DNA of 64,000 bases, from positions 1,488,001 to 1,552,000 of the forward strand of contig NW_026515668.1 in the NCBI RefSeq assembly GCF_025526975.1, given 5' to 3'. Below the pieces are notes generated by a model. The model was not told the origin of the DNA. It searched no databases and worked only from the letters and a program-made list of their open reading frames with translations. Source of the DNA: Fimicolochytrium jonesii (lineage: Eukaryota). This document shows positions 25,855 to 35,731 of this stretch, piece after piece; the stretch's first letter is position 1; each line of letters starts with the position of its first letter. A program made the position numbers and the translations under genes.

Positions 25855-25898
25855 GAAATGCTGTTGAAATCCTGTTGAAATGTTGTCGAAATGCTGTC
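25855..25898. repeat. 4 x 11-bp tandem repeat (GAAAT(G/C)(C/T)TGT(T/C))
   Basis: GAAATGCTGTT GAAATCCTGTT GAAATGTTGTC GAAATGCTGTC, read directly. Confidence 0.8.
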
Positions 25899-27892
25899 AA
25901 GATTCAAATTCAGTGAGTAGCAAGTGTGGCGTCGAGCCAGAAAACGATTGAACCTCAGATTGAAGCTCTAAAAACCTATGCAGGTTCGTGGTGAGACTGA
26001 ATGTTATTGGTCACAACGCTCTATCTTGCACCCACGTACATACATACCTGTCGCTGTATACCAAGAATGCAAGTATTTAGAGAAAAAGATGCTGATGGAT
26101 TTCATGGACTCAACAGCGTAGAGATTGAAGGCTTTTGGCTTCGGGAATCGCTCTTTATATATCCGGACGCCGTCCTTCGCATGGACAACCAGAAATAACA
26201 TCCCTCAAGATGTCTCCGGTGCATAACCATCGGTGGCTCTCAATCTTTATCAGAGACGGAGGGCTGGCCGGGGGGCCAATCAGGTAGAGCTTCAGGGGTT
26301 CTTCGCAAGGGGACGGGAGGGAGAGGCGGGAGGGTATGGAAAAGCGACACCCGCGTGGAGGGCTTGATGTGGCAGAGGATGCACTCAAGAAAGTTACTTC
26401 CGAAGCAAAAGTCGTGCAAAGTGATGCTGGGCGGCGCGCAAGTGCTCGTGGGCTAAGTGTCTCAGTTTTTACTCGTACTAATGATTTGCTTCTTAGGCAA
26501 ATATAATCAGAGAACAAAAAGATTCTTACGGCATGTTTTACTGCAAGTCCATGCGGTCAATGAGACGAAGTGCGCTGTTCTCATCATCATTCTGCACAAC
26601 AATTCTGATGGCGGTTGATCCCGGAGAGCGTGAGATGGATCAGCACCCTGCAGGGTGCCTGCGTCCATCAAATCTTTCGTGTATTTTTAGTCATTGGCGG
26701 AAACACGCCTTCAATACGGGCAGATTCGGGCCGTCAGCCAGTGATCTTGAGATGGGGCACAGCGGGGATCAGATCCACCCCGCACCTTGTACAGCACAAA
26801 ATTGGATTGGCTTGCGGGCATCCCTTGCACCTGGACGAGCGCATTGTTGGGAGGATGGCCTTGCGACGTAGGTGACTGCTGAAAAGATCTTTTGTAAAGA
26901 CGTGCTCTTGGACAGGAGCAACTGCTTCTACATACTGTGACGAATCAGTTGCTTCTGTTTTAAGTGGCGGTCGGCCGACCCTACAATGCCGCATTCCGCT
27001 TCAAGCGTATCAAAACAGCCGGCAGCGAATGGATGTGCGATCGAACGAACATAAGCGAGCGCAGACGCGACAACGCATCATTGGAATGCAACTAGAGAGG
27101 CTGTGCGGATGTGCGATGATAGCATAGCAAATAAAGCGGGAAAAGCGGGAGAGGTCTGACTGGAAGCGTTGGCGGCATAGTTCGTGTAGTCCTGATAGCG
27201 ATTCGTGAAAGGAAATCTTGGCGCTTGAATGAGATGTGATTGATGCGCTACTGTTGATAACTGTCTGATGTTTCGAATAGGACTGATGATCGCAATGCGG
27301 GAAAAGGAACCGGGAGTGTTGGTGGGTCAATGAAGGGAGAGCTCAGAGCTCCAATATCGGTCGCGCCTCCGTATACCACCTTCACGCTGCTGTACTCAAC
27401 TAAACTAGCCGGGGTCCTTCTCTCTCCGCGTCTTTCAGAAGCATAAGTCGACGCATATATGCTGTCGAGCGAGGTCCCCGCCCCGGTTTTCTTTTCTTCG
27501 CATGCGTTGCGCGACATCCAGTCCCCATCCCACATCCATGTCAGCCCAACTCTATTGCCATCGATTTCCATCACTCAAAAGAACACCCACAGCAAAACGG
27601 AGCAGTTGCCAAAATGATGTTCTCAAAAGCCTCGATGAAGCTGCTTGCTGACAATTTCCAATGATCTATGCTGGGAATTCGCGGGCGGTAGCTTCGCCCT
27701 GTATATATAGAGTTCCTATCTCGGTATGTCGAAGTCGCGGCCCGCCCGGCGTGAATCTACAAGGGATTCCTTGCTGAAGGTCCGACGCGCTGTCGAAAGT
27801 TGTCATTTTCGACATGTCGTCGGAACTCGAGTTCAAGTTTCACCCGATTAGGAGCAAATCTAATAAGTTTACAATTCTCACCTTCCAGCAGC

Positions 27893-30071
27893 ATGTCCCA
27901 ATCGCAAGAAAAACCACCATCGGTCATTCCCAGCGCTGAAGTCAAGCAATGGCTAACGGAACTCGCCAACCGGGCCGAGCCCGCGAAGCAAGCCGCGACA
28001 TCGACCCACCTGCTTACCCTTCTCCGCCCACCCTCCTATCGCCCCGTCGTCGCAGACGACTTGACAATCGCCAAGCCCGAGAAAATGAAGATCTTACTGC
28101 TCCTACGGTCCGATCTTCATTCCGCGGACATCGTCGAAGCCGGCATCTTGCTCATCCTCACCTTCATCCGCAATGGCAGCGGCAGCGACAGCCCGCTAGC
28201 CGCCACCGCGCGCCGCAATACACTGCTCGACGCCTACGCCCGCTTAGTAGCCCTGTCCATAGACATCACCCTCCCCAGCGGACCACTAACTGCCGTCATG
28301 CGCTTCTGCGCCGACTGGGCTTCCGCGGCCGGTAAAGAAGGACATCAGGTGTTTTGCGAACCCGGGGAGGACACGCAAGCGACGCCGCTCCGCTCATGCA
28401 CGACAATTTTGACCCGCCAGTTTGCGCGCTCGATGGGCCCGCGGTATTATGCCATTGAGGCGCTGCTAGCAGTTGCGAGAGTCAAGGAGGTCCGGCCGGT
28501 GTTGGTGGATGCGAGTGTGTTGCAGATTATGGCGGATGTGGTTGGGGAGATATGTTGTGATGGGTGTGTGGCGGGTACGGAGGACGATGAGAGGGAGATT
28601 TATTTGCCAGGGTTGTTTAGAATAGCGGTGATGTTGTTGAGGAAGTTAAGTGCGCATTCAGAGGAGGGGAGGAAGGTGAGGAATACAACTGTGCGCCGTT
28701 GGAGGGTTTGCTGCAGTTCCAGAAAACATGTGAGGCTAGTACTGAGCAGCAGTGTTTATCTCGCAGTACCTGGATCAACGAGAGACGTGGAAGAGCGTGC
28801 TTTGGCTGATACGGCGACCTGCACTTCTTGACGTGCAGTTAGAGGTATCCGTGCACTTTGGTATGCGTTCATGTTGTAAAGAGCGTGATAACCTATGCCT
28901 CGCCCGTTCGTGTTGACAGGCCCTGCATCTTTACTCCAGCCTAGCCATGTCACCCTCACCAGGCCCCCACGAGGCGATAGGAGACATCATTTACCTCATC
29001 GAGAACAGCACATCAACTCCGCCCCTGGAAGCCGCTCTTCGATGTTTACGAAACATCCTCGTCCGCGGCGGAGACCACGCCGCCAAAAAGGTAATGAAAC
29101 ACAAAGGACTCGCCGCTCACAATCCGCATGTCCGATCGCCCGACCCACATATCCAACTACACTCACTCATTTGCTTGACGATGCTCTCCTTCCTGCCAAC
29201 CTCGCGGGCCGAGATCGCAAAGGACAACCTAAGCATTTTACTCCAACTCCTAGCCTCCGAAGAAGCGTCTCTATCCTCCCAAACCCACTACGCCCTCTCA
29301 ATCCTCACCAACCTCGCCCTCACCGACCGCCTTGCGCAAGACATCGCTTTGAAAGGCATCCCAACTCTCTTCACCAACATCTTCCGCATCTTCTTCGCTG
29401 ATCCACGCGATGTCACCGCCTTACGCCTTCTCAGCAACCTCTGCATCGACAACGCATCATGTATCACCATCACCTCCCTCGGCGGGGCCCACTTCCTCGA
29501 CACATTATGCGGGACACCCTCAACCGCCGTGCGCGAGCATATGGTCGGGATCGTCCGCAATCTCGTCCAACAAAGCACGTTCTGTAATAACACGTACTGG
29601 GAAGCTAGCGGGTTCATCGAGGAGGTGATTGTGGACGTTACCGCATCCGATGCCGATCTCCAACGGCATTCCGTCGAGATCCTGTGGGCGTTCATTGAGG
29701 AAGATAAAGCCAGGGTGCCCGTGTTGGCTGGGATGGATGCGATGAACGCTCTCCTGTTACCGATGGAAAAAGGCGGGAAGGTTGGTGAGCTGGCGACGAA
29801 ATGTTTTGCGTTGATGGAGATGGCGACGGTTAAGTCGGATATTTGGGAGAGGATTTTGGCGGAGTGGCGGGCGGAGGATGAGGAGAGGGGAAGGCAGATT
29901 GAGGTTGCAAAACGGGCGTCGAAGGGAAGGGTGAAGAGGCAGGCGATGGGTGGGAGGGTTTCATCTCGGTCGGGGAAGGCGAAATCCCCGAAAGCTGCAC
30001 GAAAATCCGCGACTGACGGCAAAGCAGGGATTGGAGGTCATGGCAATCGTAGAAGCGTCAGATTTGAGTAG
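27893..30071 (+). CDS. Armadillo/HEAT-repeat protein, multi-exon
   Basis: Helical repeats AALRCLRNI, ALSILTNLAL, ALRLLSNLC and GIVRNL; introns between ~28.68 and 28.92 kb; basic C-terminal tail. Confidence 0.7.
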
Positions 30072-30710
30072 ATTTTGCCATAGAAAGTTCGGTGCCTGTT
30101 TATGTATATGCGTATCGAGTGTATTGTGTAGCGCAGGTTGTTGTGCAAGAGCACTTGCTTTGATTGGTCTCCTCTGAGCATGCGATGGAGGTCTCCTATC
30201 AAGATGGTGCATATGGGGACATCAGACTTATTAAAGCCTGCGCAACGCTCACGTGATGAAACCCACGTGATGGAACGCTCTCTCGGACGCTCTTTTGGCC
30301 ACCTGTACCGTAACAGTACACGGTACTACTGTAATTGCATTCTGACAACACTGGCGCTTTGGCACAGTTGAATACTGCTCTCCTTGCAGACGTGCAGGTA
30401 GCAAGTTCAATTCCCACTCCCAGACAACTTCTTTGTTTGTTCAGATTATGACCCCTGTCGCGCTAGGCGCGGCATGGTAACTACTGTTGCGCTCGGCGCT
30501 TCGTGGGTGTTAACTGAACAGCACAACTAAGTATCGCAACAGAAAGCAACCAAAATGCGCCTCAACCAATCCTCCAGTCCTTACCCGCTCTCAAACAGCT
30601 CGATGCACGACCATTTTTGCTCTGCCTCACGCTCCTTTTCGTTTTATTCCTCCCGTTTCACACAGCTCCATCTCTACGGGGCTCTAGGGAAACCACCAAC
30701 ATCGCTCATT

Positions 30711-30762
30711 GCCGAGCGTGAAGGGCGTAAGGCCGAGCGTGAAGGCTGTAAGGCCGAGCGTC
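30711..30762. repeat. ~2.5 x 21-bp tandem repeat (GCCGAGCGTGAAGG..GTAAG)
   Basis: gccgagcgtgaagggcgtaag gccgagcgtgaaggctgtaag gccgagcgt. Confidence 0.8.
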
Positions 30763-30808
30763 AACAACCCTAACGGGCTTTGCTTCCGTCTATTCTCCGC
30801 CACGCTGT

Positions 30809-30880
30809 CGGGGGAACGATTTTCGCCCCACGCTGTACTAGTCAGCCCTCAATGGATTTTGGGGAGAAAATCGTCCCCCG
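30809..30880. repeat. ~21-bp inverted repeat (hairpin with ~29-nt loop)
   Basis: CGGGGGAACGATTTTCGCCCCA versus reverse complement of 30860-30880, CGGGGGACGATTTTCTCCCCA. Confidence 0.8.
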
Positions 30881-31079
30881 CACGTCAAACCGGAACGTGC
30901 CTGGGCACCGTGCCCCGTCTATTCTCTGTGTAGGCGCCGGATGTTGGAACGTCGCCGCGGCTTTGACACTCTCATGGTGATTTGTCTGGGGAATGGAGTG
31001 TACGTGAGTTAGTTGGGGTGAAATAGATAGCAGGCAGCGTGGGCATGGGAGTGGGAGTGGGTTGGTAGAATGGGGCCAG

Positions 31080-31194
31080 CGCGAGTGCCCAAATCCAGGC
31101 TGCACCTCAAGCGATTGCGGGAGTCCAGAGAGCGTCCCGAGAGCGTCCCGCGAGTGCCCAAATCCAGGCTGCACCTCAAGCAATTGCGGGAGTC
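31080..31194. repeat. Direct duplication of a ~46-bp unit at 69-bp spacing
   Basis: CGCGAGTGCCCAAATCCAGGCTGCACCTCAAGC(G/A)ATTGCGGGAGTC occurs twice. Confidence 0.85.
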
Positions 31195-32160
31195 GAGAGC
31201 GGTTGTGCTCAACATGGGCCGCAAGATCAGCGTATAGCAAGCGCGCCCAGGCAGCGCATCCCATGCAGGTCGACCTCCCGCAAGCGGCGGTCGTGCTCAG
31301 CATGGGCCGCGTGCCCAGGCGGTCAACACAGGCGCCCACAGCTACACCGCAGCCACTCACCTTGTCGGCGCTGAGCGTGCTCAGAGAGTGCTCTGCGTGA
31401 GTTGCCGGGCTTGAGTTGGAAGGAGGTGGGCGTTGGCCAGGGGGATGAGGGGGCTGTCGTCCGCTGCGAGCGCTTGACGTTTCCATGCTCAGAGTGTGCT
31501 CTGCATGAGTTGCGTGAGCTGCGAGCGCTTGATGTTTTGTGTGAGAGGAGGAGAGTGTGGTCTTGGAGATGCGGCGATCAGCAGTGGACAAGCCAAAATC
31601 AACCTCAGAAGCTACCCTAGCTGCCCAGCTAGCTGCCCTGGAAGCTACCCCACATCCAAAGAACCTGGGGATCCTCACTCTACCCGTCCTCACTCTTAGC
31701 GCCCCTCATGTCTTGATTGCACCTCATCATGGCCCCCAATTACATACCAACTGTTATGATCTCGACAACGGAGGCGGAAGCGAAGTAGAGAAGTCAGGGC
31801 GAGAGTGATAGGCGACCAGAGATTGTATTGGCGAAACAAGAAACAAGGACTAGAACAGGAGATGAGAAGAACTGGTGTTGATCTGCTGGGGAGGAAGGGA
31901 ATGGACGAAGAGAGGCCGGCTATTTATAGATAGGCAACCCAGCAGATCAGAGAACAACAACAACAAGAGGGGACTGGGGGGGCGCCAGCTATGCTCCTAG
32001 AGCGTGCGTGGCGAGCGTAGAGAGCATTGCTACAGCTGCTGGCTATGGGGAAGTAGTGGGGGGTGTGGAGAAGCCGAGGGGGGATTGGCGAAATGAGAGG
32101 AGAGAGGAGGAGTGGCGATATTGCGGGAGGATTGGCGAAATGAGATGAGAGAGGGGGAGT

Positions 32161-32236
32161 GGCATTGACATTGACATTGACACTGACATTGACACTGACA
32201 TTGGCGTTTGACATTTGGCGGTTGACATTGGCGGCT
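32161..32236. repeat. Degenerate (CATTGA/CACTGA)n hexamer array grading into TTGGCGG(T/C)TG units
   Basis: cattgacattgacattgacactgacattgacactgacattggcg..., just upstream of the Fanzor gene. Confidence 0.75.
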
Positions 32237-32452
32237 GTCAGTGGGTAAGCTTATGGTATGGGCGCGTCATCCATAACACCAACGCAATTGTGAGCAGTAA
32301 GCATCCCCGTTTTCGCCTTCAACCGCCGCCAGGTAACAACCGCAATTCCTCACCGTTCTCAGCATCATTACCACAGCACTGACACAAGTTCTTTGACACA
32401 CAGCTATCACGGCAATCACCTGCAACACCTGTCTCGGCACAGCACAGCCATC

Positions 32453-35262
32453 ATGCCATCACACCAGGCGCTCCAGGGGCACCTGTGGTGTGGCATCTTT
32501 ACTGGAGCAACCACACCACGGCGGAAGAGGAGGAAGGTTGCTCCGGTTACCCCACGATTGCCCATACGTCTGCCAGCCACACCATTGCAATCCCTGCGAT
32601 TCGAGCTCCCACCTTCTGTCCAGCGCCACTTGCCCCAAGCAATTGCAGACATGGTTGGCAAGAGTTCCGGTGATGAAGACGGGCAGCAGCACCAGCAGCG
32701 AGGGCTTTCACCAGTGGACAGGGGTCTGCAGCGTCCGTTGAACCTCTCCGCTCCCATCCCTTTCCTATTTCCCAGCACACCGGGTGGATCCCTGGTGCTT
32801 GAACCCCCGCCACCACCACCCGCTCAACGACCCCAGCAGACACATGTAAGCACCAAGGTTTCGCTTCACCGAATCCATAATCAAAATCAAGTTCAAAGGG
32901 AGCGCCTGACAACATTCATCGGCAACGTTCACATCCTTGCGCGCCACACCACCTTCTTTCTCAAGTACTACCTTGGTGAGTTTTCGAGGTACACTACACT
33001 GTATATTTCCCATGAAACAATGCCCTGCCTACTATGTCTGTCCACCACAGCTGATCATCCTCTACACAACTTCCCGGACATCACTGACAAGCACATCAGT
33101 GTGATGTTTGAGCTGCTCAACAATCCACGCTACAACGGCAATCCGGTCATTGCGCAAGAGTTGCGTCCATGGGTTCAAGACTACTGTAATGTTCACGGAT
33201 TCGCCCCTATCCGCATGCAACATTGCCAACAGACCGCAGCGTACACGGCTTCAAGCATCTTCACAAACCTCAAAGTCAACGTACAAGAACATTTCATTCA
33301 AATGCTTCTGCGCTATGTCAATGAAAGGCTTGGTTTGAAGCAAGTGGTACTGCATCTCCATAGAGCTGGGGTCAACCGAGCGCAGCGGCGACACTATTAT
33401 CAGTGTGTCCATCAGTTTACAAAGTATGCGACATTTGAAGAGTTTCCAACCGAAGAAGAGCTTGCGCGCCTCACACAACTTGAGCGGACCGTCCTCGACA
33501 AGTTATGGGCTCTGTTTCCTCCCCAGGATGAGCCGCTTGCATACAGCCTTGCGGTGGACGCAATGCCATATTTAGGTGAGTTAGTATATTCCCCCCCCCC
33601 CCCCCCCCGCGGTGCGCTCTTTTGTCTAATCATGGTCGACACCTGCCTCATCACAGGTGCCTATTGTGAGCTCTCACGCCTCTATGAGCGCCGTGGAATG
33701 CGGCTGTTTGCCGCTATCCCGCTGCGCAAATCTTGAATCCAGTCATCTGTTCGGATCGACACGCTGATCCTAGCCACCCATATCCTGGGCTTGAGCCGAC
33801 GTCGCATGGGGACTTTCACCGATCAACGCAAGCAGGAGCTGTGGGGGCAGTTTCTCAACGTGAATGTAAGTCTCTATCCTTCTGCGCTTATTTCAATCAC
33901 CTCGCTGAATGACGCATTGCAGGACAAGGTCTTCAAGCATCGAAAGAAGCTTGGTCTTAAATTTGATGGATCAATCAGCACAAACGGGTATTCCGCTACC
34001 ATCCACTTCAAGAAGCCAGGGCTCAAGTATGGGCATCGGGCCCGGAAGTGCAGCAAGGCCCAAATGCGGGAAGAAGTCAAGCAGCTGTATTTTGAGCACC
34101 ACATCGCCGAACGACGGGAGGCTCCAAACATCGTCAGCATTGATCCGGGCAAGCGTGACCTCTTGTTCTGTCGAGACATCAAGAAGGAGCGGCCATTTAG
34201 GTACGTTTCAGTTGATTACTACTGCCCTGCTGTCCCCGCTGTCCCTCCCCGCTGTCCCCGCTGTCCCCGCTGTCGCCGCTACCCCGATCAACGCCTCCCT
34301 CAACCCTGTCCCCGTCCCCATCCCCACCATCCCCCCCGTCACCATCCCCACCATCCCCTTTGTTCGACATTCCGTTGCCGCGTTCTCACAATGCACCACC
34401 CCATACCAGATACACATCCAATCAACGGGCAGTCGAGACAAAGTCTCCGTACTTTCGAAGAGACATGACAAGCGAAAGATCAATGCCGGCATTGCTGAGA
34501 TGGAATCACATATTCCGTCGCACAAGCGCATGAACATCGAGGCGTTCTCAGCGTTCATTGTGGATCACGTACATGCGGGTATGATGTATCATGCATTGTC
34601 TTCAAATTTGGTAACATGTGGGCTGACATCTATATCCCAGATCCCGCCCTGGATGAGTTTTACCAGGATGAGATTCACGTCGCTCGCAGATTCAAGGCGT
34701 TCTCACTGCGGCAAAAGTCTGAGAGCAAGCTCATCAAAAACATGCGACGCCTGTATGGAAAGCATTTTTCGGTCATCTTGGGTGATTGGAGCGACGCTGG
34801 AAAAACCATGCGCTTTCAGGAGTCATCAAAGACCAAAGGGTGAGTGACCATCATTGTTTTTCATGTATTATAATACGCTCACTCATGGGGGGAAACAGAT
34901 TCCGCACACTCTTTGCGAGAAACGGCATTCCATGCTACTTGCTGGATGAGTATCGAACGTTGTCCGTGTGCCCACACTGCCATGGGCGTGTGAGGAAAAA
35001 CATCCGACGCCGGCTGTCACCTCGGCCGTGGCAAGCTCAAAAGGGAAGAATGGAATTCGTCCATGGATTGGTGGGTTGCCCCAACCCCGAATGTATCAAC
35101 CAAGACTGGACGCCATTTGAGATTCCTGGAAGACGACCACTACGACTACGGATGAAAGTGCACAATCGGGACATCCTAAGCACCAAGAATTTCGTCTCGA
35201 TTGTGCGTTCGGTGGTGTTTGGCGATGGCCGCAGACCAGACGCATTCTCCCGTAACCGGTAG
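32453..35262 (+). pseudogene. Fanzor (Fanzor1-like, TnpB-derived RNA-guided endonuclease), six introns, disrupted
   Basis: Spliced product contains PLRKS*IQSSVRIDT, ELWGQFLN, FDGSISTNGYS, RuvC-I VSIDPGKRDLL, YTSNQR..ET, ILGDWS, RuvC-II LLDEYRT with CPHC, HGLVGCPNPEC, and RuvC-III HNRDILSTKNF. Introns at 32976-33050, 33576-33656, 33866-33922, 34201-34409, 34579-34640 and 34840-34898. TGA at 33734-33736 and a frameshift at ~34456. Confidence 0.88.
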
Positions 35263-35410
35263 TCTAGAATTTTCACCCTATTCCATTTTCCGTGGTGGTT
35301 ATCTGCCATCCACATCATGGTACCTCTGCCTGAGGCGTCGCCGATGATGGCAACTTGTATGGATAATGTCTGAGGTCACCGCATCAATTGGCAGGTTCAC
35401 GATTACCGTT
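35263..35410 (+). ncRNA. Candidate Fanzor omegaRNA scaffold plus guide
   Basis: Lies directly 3' of the Fanzor stop. Stem-loops at 35292-35313 (GTGGTGG...CCATCCAC) and 35313-35349 (CATCATGG...CCTC/GAGG...CCGATGATG). Boundaries are inferred. Confidence 0.5.
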
Positions 35411-35731
35411 ACCCATCATATTGACTTATGTTAAGATATATGGAGGAGTACCAAGAGGGGGACGAGGGATGGGATGGGATGCTATCACCGAGTAAAAGGG
35501 ATGGGTGACAGACAACAAACAAGGGAACATAGGGCTATAAGACAAGAAAATGGAGGAGCCTAATAAACAGGGGGCGCCGAAAGAGGAGCTCGGGTAGCTA
35601 AATGTTTCAGATGATGATTCGGGAAAGGGTTGGGAGAGCGTGGGGATGGTTGCAATTTCGGAAGGCCAAGAAACGAGAGGCCGTGTGCTTCTTGAGATTG
35701 TTCGTCTGGTAAACTATCAGAAGGAGTCCCT

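Noticed and set aside
30711..31194. Repeats upstream of Fanzor read as a CRISPR-like array
   Set aside because: Only 2-3 units each, with no regular unique spacers; they look like ordinary tandem duplications.
32216..32227. TTGGCGGTTGAC resembles the putative guide start TTGGCAGGTTCAC (possible self-target or TSD)
   Set aside because: Short, needs a gap and a mismatch, lies in a low-complexity repeat, and the guide boundary is itself unproven.
33734..33736. TGA read as recoded Trp or Sec
   Set aside because: Neighbouring genes use TGA as a stop and the same gene also has a frameshift, so pseudogenisation is the simpler explanation.
35263..35268. CTAG after the Fanzor stop read as a Helitron 3' end
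   Set aside because: No GC-rich hairpin at the expected distance upstream, not followed by T, and no RepHel remnants seen.
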